64,000 bases of DNA from Thermodesulfobacteriota bacterium (GTDB lineage Bacteria; Desulfobacterota; Binatia; UBA9968; JAJDTQ01), in contig OZ220710.1 of assembly GCA_965116635.1 (NCBI GenBank), positions 2,010,549-2,074,548 of the forward strand, in the 5' to 3' direction. Made by a program: the position numbers and the translations under genes. A model generated the notes under the pieces. That model was not told where the DNA came from, did no database searches, and was given only the letters and a program-made list of their open reading frames with translations. Shown here one piece after another: positions 1-8,722 of this stretch (position 1 is the stretch's first letter; each line of letters begins with the position of its first letter).

Positions 1-1512
1 ACCGACTTCGTCTTCCTGTTCGTCCTGTTCGGCGCGCTGCTGGACAAGGCGGGGGCGGCGGAATACTTCGTCCAGGTGGCTTTCGCCATGCTCGGCCGCT
101 TCCGCGGCGGACCGGCCAAGGCCGCGGTGCTGGCGTCGGGCCTCACCGGGATGGTGTCGGGATCGTCCATCGCCAACGTGGCCACCACCGGCACGTTCAC
201 CATTCCGCTCATGAAGCGGGTGGGTCTGCCGGACTACAAGGCGGGTGCGGTCGAGGTCGCCGCGAGCACCAACGGGCAGCTCCTGCCCCCGGTCATGGGG
301 GCCGCGGCCTTCATCATGGCCGAGTTCCTGGGGCTGCCGTACATCGACATCGTCACCGCGGCGGCGATTCCAGCGGTGCTGTCGTATATCGCGCTGCTCT
401 ACGTGGTACACCTGGAAGCGCTCAAGCTGGATCTGGCGGCCCTGCCGGAGGAAGATCTGCCGCGGTTCTGGCCCACGTTCCTCAAGGGCATTCACTTCCT
501 CGTTCCCATTCTGGCGCTGATCTACACGCTGGTCATCCTCAGGTTCTCCGCGGTCTCCGCGGCGTTCAACGCCATCATGCTGACCCTGGCCATCATGGTC
601 ATCCAGAGGGTGGTGCAGAGCTGCGCGGCGGTCCTTCGCCCGGAACCCGGCAGCACGGAATCCGGCTCACTCGTCCAGGCCGTGTTTCAGGGCGTGGCCT
701 TGAGTGTCCGCGAGATCCTGCAGGGATGCGTATCCGGCGCCCGGAACATGGCGCCCATCGCCGTGGCCACCGCGGCCGCGGGCATCATCGTCGGCACCGT
801 GACCCTCACCGGCCTCAGCAGCCGGTTCATCGAGGCCATCGAGATCATCTCCCTGGGCAACGTGGTGCTCATGCTGATCTTGACCGCGGTCACGAGCCTG
901 GTCCTGGGCATGGGGCTCCCCACCACCGCCAACTACATCGTCATGGCCACATTGACGGCGCCGGTGATCGTCACCCTGGGCGGGCAGGCGGGCCTGGTGA
1001 TCCCGGTGCTGGCGGCCCATCTGTTCGTCTTCTACTTCGGCATTCTCGCCGACGACACGCCGCCGGTGGGTCTCGCGGCCTTCGCCGCGTCCGCCATCGC
1101 CGGCTCGGAACCCATCAAGACCGGCATCCAGGGGTTCACCTACGACCTGCGTACCGCGGTTCTGCCGTTCGTGTTCATCTTCAACCTGGAGCTCCTGCTG
1201 ATCTCCGGCGTCGGCGCCGACGGCCAGATCATCTGGCTGACAAGCATGTTCAGCGTCATCTGGGTCATCGTCAACGGTCTCGTGGCCATGATGGCCTTTG
1301 CCGCGACCATGCAGGGGTTCTTCGCCGACCGTTGCGGCTGGCCCGAGCGAGCCCTGCTTGCGGTGATCTGCATCGCCGCCTTCCGGCCCGACCTGCTGGT
1401 GGGCGACACCGACTCCCTGCGCATGACCGTCCAGTTCGGCACCTGGGTGCTGTTCGCCGGGCTGTACCTGGTGCAACGGAGAAGGCGCGGGGCGGGGTTG
1501 GCGGCGGCGTAG
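1..1512 (+). CDS. TRAP-type (TAXI/DctM-like) fused transporter permease, 5' partial
   Basis: Open frame runs off the window start. Highly hydrophobic multi-TM protein with DctM/TAXI-like segments (GLTGMVSGSSIANVATTGTF..., PPVGLAAFAASAIAG). The listed ORF 76..1512 is in the same frame. Confidence 0.65.
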   Translation, partial: TDFVFLFVLFGALLDKAGAAEYFVQVAFAMLGRFRGGPAKAAVLASGLTGMVSGSSIANVATTGTFTIPLMKRVGLPDYKAGAVEVAASTNGQLLPPVMGAAAFIMAEFLGLPYIDIVTAAAIPAVLSYIALLYVVHLEALKLDLAALPEEDLPRFWPTFLKGIHFLVPILALIYTLVILRFSAVSAAFNAIMLTLAIMVIQRVVQSCAAVLRPEPGSTESGSLVQAVFQGVALSVREILQGCVSGARNMAPIAVATAAAGIIVGTVTLTGLSSRFIEAIEIISLGNVVLMLILTAVTSLVLGMGLPTTANYIVMATLTAPVIVTLGGQAGLVIPVLAAHLFVFYFGILADDTPPVGLAAFAASAIAGSEPIKTGIQGFTYDLRTAVLPFVFIFNLELLLISGVGADGQIIWLTSMFSVIWVIVNGLVAMMAFAATMQGFFADRCGWPERALLAVICIAAFRPDLLVGDTDSLRMTVQFGTWVLFAGLYLVQRRRRGAGLAAA

Positions 1513-1581
1513 GGATGGAATAGCTGTCTTCGAAATCGTTAAAAGGAAACCCGGCACTCGCACCAAGGAGGAGTTCCAGAT

Positions 1582-2310
1582 ATGGCGGATACCATACCCT
1601 ATCTTGTCGATGAGAATGATCCCGGGCTCGAATCCGGAATGGTGGAATACGGGAGCTGCACGGGCTACCTGTCGCGGCCCAAGGGCGGCGCCAGCCTGGG
1701 CTCCGTCGTCGTCATTCACGAGAACGTCGGCCTGGTGGACCACATCAAGGACGTGGCGCGCCACTTTGCCAAGGAGGGCTTCGCCGCGCTGGCCCCGGAC
1801 ATGCTCCAACGCACCGGCGGCACCGCGCAGTACCAGACCTCGCAAGACGCCATCGCCGCCATCCGGAGCCTCGACCCGGCCGGCTGCGTGGAAGACCTGA
1901 CGAGCGCCGTCGAGTACCTCAAGAGCCAGGGCTTCGCCAACGGCAAGGTGGGCGTCGTGGGCTACTGCTGGGGCGGCGGCCAGTCGCTCAACTTCGCAAC
2001 CAAGTGCAACCAGCTTAACGCCGCGGTGGTGTACTACGGCCGCAACCCCGACCCGCTGGACCAGGTGGCCAACATCTCCTGCTCCCTCATGGGCAACTAC
2101 GCCGAGGACGACCCCAACATCATGCCCGGCATCGAGCCCCTGAGAGAAGCGTTGGCCAAGGCGGGCAAGAGCATCGACCTCAAGATCTACGGCGGCGGCG
2201 CCAAGCACGCCTTCAACAACAACACCAATGCCGACCGCTGGCATCCGGAAGCCGCAGCCGACGCGTGGCAACGGACGGTGGATTTCTACAAGGCCAACCT
2301 GTCGGGCTAG
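1582..2310 (+). CDS. dienelactone hydrolase family protein
   Basis: 242 aa alpha/beta hydrolase with GYCWGGG nucleophile-elbow region and DLH-like layout. A GGAG ribosome-binding site lies upstream of the ATG at 1582. Confidence 0.75.
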   Translation: MADTIPYLVDENDPGLESGMVEYGSCTGYLSRPKGGASLGSVVVIHENVGLVDHIKDVARHFAKEGFAALAPDMLQRTGGTAQYQTSQDAIAAIRSLDPAGCVEDLTSAVEYLKSQGFANGKVGVVGYCWGGGQSLNFATKCNQLNAAVVYYGRNPDPLDQVANISCSLMGNYAEDDPNIMPGIEPLREALAKAGKSIDLKIYGGGAKHAFNNNTNADRWHPEAAADAWQRTVDFYKANLSG

Positions 2311-2600
2311 CCGTATCGCTCAACGGGCGGACCTTGGCAAGAACCGTGGACGGTTTGCCAAGGCCCGCCCTCCTCCACCTGGGCGTTTCCGCCGATTCGC
2401 CATCGAACCAACCGAAGTTAAACCTTACAATTGGCCGTCTGTATGTAAAGTTGAGTTATGATTGGACGTTCACTCTGGCTGGACCGAGTGCGCCAGTCAC
2501 GGTCGCGTCCGGACGGGCGTCTCCGGTGTGATCTTTTCGCCGTTGGGCGCGCCGTGCCATCATCTGACCGGCGGACTACGGCAAAAGTCTCGGTTTTCTG

Positions 2601-2918
2601 TCAGCAATCCTCGAAATCGAGAGCGGCCAGGAGCTGGCGGCGAACGCTCTTGTGGCTGGGGTCGTCGTAGTGACGGATGCCGAAGTAGTAGCAGCAGCCT
2701 TCGTTGTCGAGGTCGTTGTGGAAGACGCGGAGCCGCCCGTCCTGGAAGCGGATGCGGGCGAGACAGGTGCCGCCGGGGACGTTGGAGGTCATGATTTCCT
2801 CCACCACACCCACTCCCCACTGGAGATTACGGTTGTGCTTGACCTCGTCTCCGGCCTTCAGGAATAGTCTCACGTCGTTCCGCACGATTGCTCTCCCTGG
2901 CTCGCACGGTAGCAGCAT
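2601..2918 (-). CDS. hypothetical small protein with DUF3553-like N-terminus
   Basis: 105 aa ORF between convergent genes. N-terminal AGDEVKHNRNLQWGVGVV resembles the DUF3553 GDxVxH...G.G.V pattern. The start codon is uncertain. Confidence 0.35.
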   Translation of the reverse strand: MLLPCEPGRAIVRNDVRLFLKAGDEVKHNRNLQWGVGVVEEIMTSNVPGGTCLARIRFQDGRLRVFHNDLDNEGCCYYFGIRHYDDPSHKSVRRQLLAALDFEDC

Positions 2919-2973
2919 CGGTTGGGTATTTCAAATCTGGAACGGCGTGATTGGGCGGCCGGAACTTGCCCAA

Positions 2974-3831
2974 TCACGCGAGAAACGACGCCAAGGTCCG
3001 GGCCAGGGCCAAAGGGTTGTCCTGGTGGACCATGTGACCGGCTTCGGGCAGCGTCACCAGGGTCGCGCGGGACAGCAGCCCGTATCGCGCTTCGATGTCG
3101 CCACGTGCACGGTGGTCGCTCTCGGCGCCCTGGACCACCAGGCTCGGGCAAGTGACCCGGCGCAGAAACTCGAGGAACTGCTCCAGGTAGAAGGGTTGCG
3201 GCGAGGTGGTCCGGTGAAGCGGATCGAACTTCCATTGCCAGTTGCCCGCCTCCGTCCGGCGCGTACCGTGATGCGCAAGGTGGCGGACCCGCTCCTCGGT
3301 CAACCTGGGATGGCTGCGGCGCAGGCGGTCCGCGGACGCTTCCACGCTTGGGTAACCAGACCCCTCCTCCACCGCCGGGATCTGCTCCAGCCATCGCGCC
3401 GCGCGACGGGGCGCATCGGCAAACGCCATGCGCTCCGGCCCCAACCCTTCCACCAGGGCGAGCTTCGATACCCGTGCGGGATAGGTCCCGGCGTAGAGGC
3501 AGGTGATGGTGCCGCCCATGGAGTGGCCTACCAGGCGGACCGTGCGCGCGCCCAGATGTTGAATGAGATGGTCGAGGTCCAGCAGGTAGTCGAAGAAATG
3601 ATAGTAGCCGCCCGCGCCGACCCAGCCGCTGTCGCCGTGACCGCGGCAGTCCGGCGCCACCACCCACAGGTCCGGTTCAATTCGCAGCAACTCGGCCACG
3701 AAGAAGTCCCAGGTCCGGCAATGGTCACGGAAGCCGTGGACCAGAATCACCGGCTCCGATCCCCGCTCGCCCCACTCGACCCAGTGTATGCGGAGACCGC
3801 GAACCTCCAGGTTGTCGTGCCGCGGCGTCAA
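2974..3831 (-). CDS. alpha/beta-fold hydrolase
   Basis: 285 aa with HGF oxyanion-hole motif (ILVHGFRDH) and GHSMGG nucleophile elbow. Its start overlaps the stop of the downstream JAB-domain gene by 4 nt. Confidence 0.75.
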   Translation of the reverse strand: MTPRHDNLEVRGLRIHWVEWGERGSEPVILVHGFRDHCRTWDFFVAELLRIEPDLWVVAPDCRGHGDSGWVGAGGYYHFFDYLLDLDHLIQHLGARTVRLVGHSMGGTITCLYAGTYPARVSKLALVEGLGPERMAFADAPRRAARWLEQIPAVEEGSGYPSVEASADRLRRSHPRLTEERVRHLAHHGTRRTEAGNWQWKFDPLHRTTSPQPFYLEQFLEFLRRVTCPSLVVQGAESDHRARGDIEARYGLLSRATLVTLPEAGHMVHQDNPLALARTLASFLA

Positions 3832-4295
3832 CGGCCCGGGACTCTTTTCAGGGTGGTCTCGACGAAGTCCCCCGCATCCGGATTCCAGGCATAGACCGCG
3901 ACCCGGCCGACGCTGCCGCCCATCACCGAAACCACGACTTGGGCCGTGTCCGGATAGGTGGGCTCGCCGAAAGGCGTGGCGCAGGCCTTGTCCTCGTCGG
4001 AAAAATAGGCGTCGTGGTCCGGGTGGGAGTGATAAAGTGCCTTGAAGGCGACGCCCCGGCGCTCCGCCTGTTTCAGAATGGCGTCAAGCTCCTTGGGGTC
4101 CAGGTTGTAGGCGGTCCGGGCGTCCCTGGGGAAGGTTTCGGGGTCGGTGGCGTGAAGGGTGTTCTGGATATTGACGAGCCGATGGACCTCGTCGCCGCCG
4201 TCACCGCCGAGAATGACCCCGCAGCACTCCTCCGGGTACGTCTCCCTTGCGTGTTCCGCGATGATTCCGAAGACGGTTTCGCTCAGCGCAAACAC
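3828..4295 (-). CDS. JAB/MPN (Mov34, JAMM) domain metalloprotease-like protein
   Basis: JAMM motif E...HSHPDHDAYFSDED (HxHx7Sx2D) plus upstream ECCGVILG. The ORF-track ORF extends to 4553, but a GTG at 4295-4293 preceded by GGGAGGAG gives a typical ~156 aa MPN protein. Confidence 0.6.
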   Translation of the reverse strand: MFALSETVFGIIAEHARETYPEECCGVILGGDGGDEVHRLVNIQNTLHATDPETFPRDARTAYNLDPKELDAILKQAERRGVAFKALYHSHPDHDAYFSDEDKACATPFGEPTYPDTAQVVVSVMGGSVGRVAVYAWNPDAGDFVETTLKRVPGR

Positions 4296-4320
4296 CAGAC
4301 TCCTCCCCGCCCCTCCTCTG

Positions 4321-5535
4321 CTAGTCGATGACTCCCTCCCGCGTGAGCGTCTCGAACTCCTCGTCCCCAAGGCCCAGCAAGTCGCGGTAGAAGTACTCGT
4401 TGTGTTCGCCCAGCAGCGGGTCCCTGCGGTCCGGGCCGCCGTCGCTTTCGGACAGGGTGTAGGGCGCGCGCTGGTACGACATGGTGCCGATCTCCGGATG
4501 GTCCATGCGGTTCCACTGGTCCCGGTGCACGAGCTGCGGGTCGTCGTAGACATGCTCCATGCCGTTGACCACGCCCGCCGGCACGCCCGCGGCCTGGAGC
4601 TTCTCCACCAGCGCGCGGGCCTCGAACTGACGGGTCCACTCGCCGATGCGCGCTTCCAGCTCGTCGGCGCGGCTCCGCCGCCGCTCGGCGGTGGCGTACT
4701 CGTCCCGGCCGCCCCACTCGGGCCGGTCCATGGCCTGGCAGAGCGCCCGCCACTGCTCGTCCGACGCCACGCTGAGGGCGCACCAGTTGTCGTCTCCGGC
4801 GCAGGGAAACGCGCCGTGGGGCGACGCCTCCGGATGCCGGTTGCCGTCGCGCATGGCGACGTTGCCGTTGACCGTGTAGTCTAGCAGCAGCGGCCCGAGG
4901 TACTGAAGCCCGGTCTCGTACTGGGCCAGGTCGATGTGCTGCCCCCGGCCGGTGGCATCCCGGTACTCCAGCGCCGCCAGCACCGCCACCACGCCGTAGC
5001 CGACGGCGATGTAGTCGATGTATGGGCCGTAAAGGATCTGGGGCGACCCGTCCCGGTATCCGGTGAGATTGGTGAAGCCCGCCAGGGACGAAAGCTGGGA
5101 GCCGAAGCCGGGATGGTGCGCGTGGGGGCCGGTCTGTCCGAGGTTCGAACTGCTCAACATGATCAGCCGCGGGTTGACCTCCTTCAACGCCTCGTATCCC
5201 AAACCCAGCCGGCCGATGGTGCCGGGGCTGAAATTTTCCACCAGAACATCCGCCCAACTCACGATGCGCCTGGCCAGTGCGAGGGCCTCCGGCCCCTTCT
5301 TCAGGTTCAGGGTGATGCCCAGCTTCTCGCTGTTGCAGAGTGCGAACAGACCCGACCGGTTGAGCCCGTGGATGTTGTCCTTGTACGGCGGATAGTGGGT
5401 GCGGAAGCCGTCGGGACGCGTCCGTGACTCCACGTGCACCACCGTGGCTCCCTGATCCACCAGATGCTTGCCCACCACCGGCCCGGCCGCGTACGCGGCG
5501 GCCTCCACGACCTTGAGACCTTCCAGTGCCTTCAT
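4321..5535 (-). CDS. CoA transferase, family III (CaiB/BaiF-like)
   Basis: 404 aa with an N-terminal pattern typical of family III CoA-transferases (LEGLKVVE..AGP..G..L.DQGA.V..VE). Confidence 0.8.
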   Translation of the reverse strand: MKALEGLKVVEAAAYAAGPVVGKHLVDQGATVVHVESRTRPDGFRTHYPPYKDNIHGLNRSGLFALCNSEKLGITLNLKKGPEALALARRIVSWADVLVENFSPGTIGRLGLGYEALKEVNPRLIMLSSSNLGQTGPHAHHPGFGSQLSSLAGFTNLTGYRDGSPQILYGPYIDYIAVGYGVVAVLAALEYRDATGRGQHIDLAQYETGLQYLGPLLLDYTVNGNVAMRDGNRHPEASPHGAFPCAGDDNWCALSVASDEQWRALCQAMDRPEWGGRDEYATAERRRSRADELEARIGEWTRQFEARALVEKLQAAGVPAGVVNGMEHVYDDPQLVHRDQWNRMDHPEIGTMSYQRAPYTLSESDGGPDRRDPLLGEHNEYFYRDLLGLGDEEFETLTREGVID

Positions 5536-5567
5536 GACCCTTCCATTTCCATGTACCCGTTGTTGCC

Positions 5568-5661
5568 GCCCTTCGACTCCGTTTCGCTACGCTCAGGGCA
5601 AACGCCTCGAATTCCAAAAAACCGTTCGTCCTGAGCGTAGCGAAGCGAAGTCGAAGGACGC
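5568..5661. repeat. palindromic intergenic repeat, copy A (MITE/REP-like, TIR-only form)
   Basis: Arms cccttcgactccgtttcgctacgctcagggcaaacg / ccgttcgtcctgagcgtagcgaagcgaagtcgaaggacgc are near-perfect reverse complements around a 14-nt loop. The right arm is identical to the right ends of copies at 34.3, 44.3 and 47.3 kb. Confidence 0.8.
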
Positions 5662-5664
5662 TAC

Positions 5665-6921
5665 CTAGATCACGCCCTCATTCTCCAGACGAACCAACTC
5701 CCCCGCCTCCAGGCCCAGCTCCGTATAGACCTCCCGGTTGTGTTCGCCGATGAGCGGCGCACGGCGGTAGATCCGGCAGGGGAAGTCCGAGAAGCGGGCG
5801 AACCCCCCGGGGTAGGTGATGGTGCGGTTGAGCTCGGGATGCTCCACCTCCTGCCAGAAGTCCCGCGCCTTGAGCTGCGGATCGGCGAGGAGCTCCTGGG
5901 CGGTGGAAACGGGATAACCGAGCATGCCGCGCCCGGTCACCGCCTTGAAGAACTCGGCCTTGGTGACGCCGGTAAAGAACTCGGCGATGGGCTCCTCCAT
6001 GACGTCGAGCTCGTCCTGGGTCACCTGCTCGATGTTGAACGTGCGCCAGTCCTTCTCCAGCAGGAACGCCGGCGCCGCCCCCTTCTCGGCCATCCACTCC
6101 ACCAGCGCCTGGTTGGTCTTGCGGCCGGCCTCGCCGCCGTAGATGATGAAGTTCAGGTAGCCGTCCTTGCAGGGCCAGAACACCCGCATCTTGGCGCCGG
6201 TGATGGTGCGGCCGGTCATGAAGGAGCCCGCCCGCTTCTCCACGGAGCGGTTGAGGTCCCAGAACGTGTGGGCGTGGGAGAAACCCCAGAGCATGCACGC
6301 CTGGGCCGACACGTCCACGTGCTCGCCCCGGCCGTTACGCCGGCGCTGCGTGTGAGCCACCAGCGCCGCCATGGCGGCATAGGAACCGGTCCACTGATAG
6401 GACTGGGGGAAGGTCACGCGAAGCGGGGGCTTGTCCGGGTCGCCGGTGAGCGACATGCAGCCGCTCATGGCCATGATCTCGATGTCGGTGGCCCGGTAGC
6501 GGCTGTAGGGGCCGGTGAGGCCGAAGGGCGTGATGGACACCAGCACCGTGTGGGGATTGGCGGCCCGGATGACGTCGTGGCCGAGGCCGATCCCTTCCAG
6601 GTAACCCGGCCTGAACGTCTCCAGCACGAAGTCCGCCTTGGCCGCCAGGCGCTTGAACAGCACCTGTCCCTCGGGCGCCTCGAGGTCCAGCGTGATCCCG
6701 CGCTTGTTGTTGTTGAAGGCGAACCAGTAGAGGCTCTTCTCGGGATCGCGCTCGCCGTCGAGATAGGGCCCGATGCACCGGGCGGCGTCCCCGCCCGGAC
6801 GCTCCACCTTGATCACGTCCGCGCCCAGATCGCCCAGCGTCTTGCCGCAGAGAAAGCCCAGTTCGTCGGTCAGGTCCAGAATACGGTAGGGGGCCAAAGG
6901 CCCCTTTTCACTCAAACTCAT
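5665..6921 (-). CDS. CoA transferase, family III (CaiB/BaiF-like), second paralogue
   Basis: 418 aa with the same family-III N-terminal signature (ILDLTDELGFLCGKTLGDLGADVIKVERP). Confidence 0.8.
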   Translation of the reverse strand: MSLSEKGPLAPYRILDLTDELGFLCGKTLGDLGADVIKVERPGGDAARCIGPYLDGERDPEKSLYWFAFNNNKRGITLDLEAPEGQVLFKRLAAKADFVLETFRPGYLEGIGLGHDVIRAANPHTVLVSITPFGLTGPYSRYRATDIEIMAMSGCMSLTGDPDKPPLRVTFPQSYQWTGSYAAMAALVAHTQRRRNGRGEHVDVSAQACMLWGFSHAHTFWDLNRSVEKRAGSFMTGRTITGAKMRVFWPCKDGYLNFIIYGGEAGRKTNQALVEWMAEKGAAPAFLLEKDWRTFNIEQVTQDELDVMEEPIAEFFTGVTKAEFFKAVTGRGMLGYPVSTAQELLADPQLKARDFWQEVEHPELNRTITYPGGFARFSDFPCRIYRRAPLIGEHNREVYTELGLEAGELVRLENEGVI

Positions 6922-6948
6922 AGGTCAACATTCATAGCAATTGACGCG

Positions 6949-7347
6949 TCAGTATTCCATGTAGTTGGACACCCGCCAGCCGGGCTCCTCCTTGCGCACC
7001 CTGATGAGCAGCTTGCGGGAGAATTCGCCGGTGCCTTCCGGCCGGATGGTGAGGCGGTAGAGGAACGCCGTGCGTCCCTTGGCCTCCCGCTGTTCCAGCA
7101 ACTTGTAGTAGACCCGCGGCTTGCGCGTGCCCGCGTCGATGGCGTGTCCCGAGGTCAGCCGGATCTGGTCGTCCACCTTGCTCCGGGCCAGACCCACGGT
7201 GTACTCCCTGGACTTCGGGAGGTCGATCTCGACATAGTGCCAGTCGAGGAACGTCTCCGCCACTCCCCGGGGCGTAGTGTCGCCGTCACCCCGGCAGCCG
7301 ACCAATGCCACCAGGAGGGCCGCGCATAGGAGACCCCGCCGGGTCAC
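6949..7347 (-). CDS. lipoprotein of unknown function
   Basis: Signal peptide with lipobox LVALVGC. A GTG at 7347 forms a GTGA overlap with the stop of the upstream hydrolase gene. The ORF-track start at 7380 would overlap by 37 nt. Confidence 0.5.
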   Translation of the reverse strand: MTRRGLLCAALLVALVGCRGDGDTTPRGVAETFLDWHYVEIDLPKSREYTVGLARSKVDDQIRLTSGHAIDAGTRKPRVYYKLLEQREAKGRTAFLYRLTIRPEGTGEFSRKLLIRVRKEEPGWRVSNYMEY

Positions 7348-8120
7348 GCCGCGGGCCTCCGCAGGTGCCGCGCCATCCACTCTTCGGTAAGGGCCAGGGC
7401 CGTGTCACGGTCTTCCTCACGCGTGAAGCGGTGGTCGGCGCCGGGGAGGATACACAACCCCTTCTCCCCGGACAGCGCGGCATGGAGCGCGTGGGCCTGT
7501 GCCACGGGCACGGTGGCATCCCCGTCGCCGTGGATCACCAGCACCGGACAGGTGATCCGCGCCACCGCCTCGGCGACGTCGATGGTCATGGCCTCTTCCA
7601 GGAAGTCCGCGTTGAGCCGCCGGCCGTTGAACTCGATGAAACCCTGGGCGCGCCACAGCGCCATGGCCTTGGGGGGAAAGTCCCGCTCGATGAGTTGGCG
7701 TGGATCGATGGGCGCGGCCAGGGTCACCAGCGCGTCCACGCCCTCCTCCGCGCCCGCGTACACCAGGGCCGTGGTGCCGCCCATGCTCGATCCCATGATG
7801 CCCACCCGTGTCAAACCGTGTTGCTTCAGCAACTCGTGGGCGGCCCCGAGATCCGCCACCTGACGGGTACAGGTGATGGACTCGAACTTCCCGGAAGAGT
7901 CACCGGCGCCGGCGAAATCGAAGCGCAGCACGGTGAATCCCGCCCGGCTCAGGGACTCGCCCAGATGGATCAGCTTGAGGCTCTCCTTGCTCGATTCCAT
8001 GCCGTGGCACAGAAGCACGCCCAAGCCGTTGGCGGTGTGCCCCGGGGAATGGAGCACTCCCGCCAAACGCTCGCCCCGCCCATTACCGAAGGTGACCTGT
8101 TGTTCCATGAACGAAGTCAA
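7344..8120 (-). CDS. alpha/beta hydrolase (dienelactone hydrolase/BAAT-like)
   Basis: 258 aa with HG...GSSMGG nucleophile elbow. Its start ATG overlaps the lspA stop (ATGA). Confidence 0.65.
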   Translation of the reverse strand: MTSFMEQQVTFGNGRGERLAGVLHSPGHTANGLGVLLCHGMESSKESLKLIHLGESLSRAGFTVLRFDFAGAGDSSGKFESITCTRQVADLGAAHELLKQHGLTRVGIMGSSMGGTTALVYAGAEEGVDALVTLAAPIDPRQLIERDFPPKAMALWRAQGFIEFNGRRLNADFLEEAMTIDVAEAVARITCPVLVIHGDGDATVPVAQAHALHAALSGEKGLCILPGADHRFTREEDRDTALALTEEWMARHLRRPAA

Positions 8121-8722
8121 CGGTTACCGGGGGCCGGGGCGAACGGATCCCGACCCTTGGTCCGCATGAGGCCATAGAGGCAAAGGACGGCGCCGACGGT
8201 AATGAAACTGTCCGCCACGTTGAATGCCGGCCAGTGGTAGGCGTTCCAGTAGACGTCCACGAAATCGATCACCTCGCCGTAGAACACGCGGTCCGCCAGA
8301 TTTCCCAACGCCCCTGCCAGAATGAACGTCAACGACAGGATGAGCCCGGTATCCGTTTCCGCAAGGCGGCGCAGCAGGTGGATGACGAAGACGACGGCGA
8401 CCAGCGAGAAGGCGATCAGGGCATAGGAAGCCAGGGCCCGGCGTTGACCGGCCAGCAGCCCGAACGCGGCGCCGGTGTTACGGACGTGCGTCAGGTCCAC
8501 CCAGCCCTCGATCACCGGAATCGAGTGATGCAGCGGAATGGTATGATCGACGAGCAGCTTGGTGCCCTGATCGAGCAGCAGGATCGCGGCCAACAGGACG
8601 ACTATGCGTGCGCGTTTTCGGCCCGCGGTAAAGATCGTAACACCTCCGCGCAACGGGGGCAGACCCCCGGCTGGTCCGCCTGCGCTCCAACCCCCGGGTG
8701 ATATTTCCAGCACCGCTCGCAC
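8117..8722 (-). CDS. lspA: lipoprotein signal peptidase II
   Basis: LspA-like TM layout and motifs (NTGAAFG, GALGNLADR, FNVADSFI). Located immediately downstream of ileS as in the conserved ileS-lspA operon. The true start is probably internal (for example TTG near 8653), because the 8722 start would overlap ileS by about 120 nt. Confidence 0.75.
   Translation of the reverse strand: MRAVLEISPGGWSAGGPAGGLPPLRGGVTIFTAGRKRARIVVLLAAILLLDQGTKLLVDHTIPLHHSIPVIEGWVDLTHVRNTGAAFGLLAGQRRALASYALIAFSLVAVVFVIHLLRRLAETDTGLILSLTFILAGALGNLADRVFYGEVIDFVDVYWNAYHWPAFNVADSFITVGAVLCLYGLMRTKGRDPFAPAPGNR

Noticed and set aside
667-2271. 534 aa minus-strand ORF antisense to the TRAP permease and dienelactone hydrolase genes
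   Set aside because: Low-complexity Gly/Ala/Val/Arg-rich translation with no motif. It overlaps two well-supported plus-strand genes. This is a typical high-GC antisense artefact.
5740-7329. 529 aa plus-strand ORF antisense to the second CoA-transferase
   Set aside because: No recognisable domains and strongly biased composition. The opposite strand encodes a clearly conserved enzyme.
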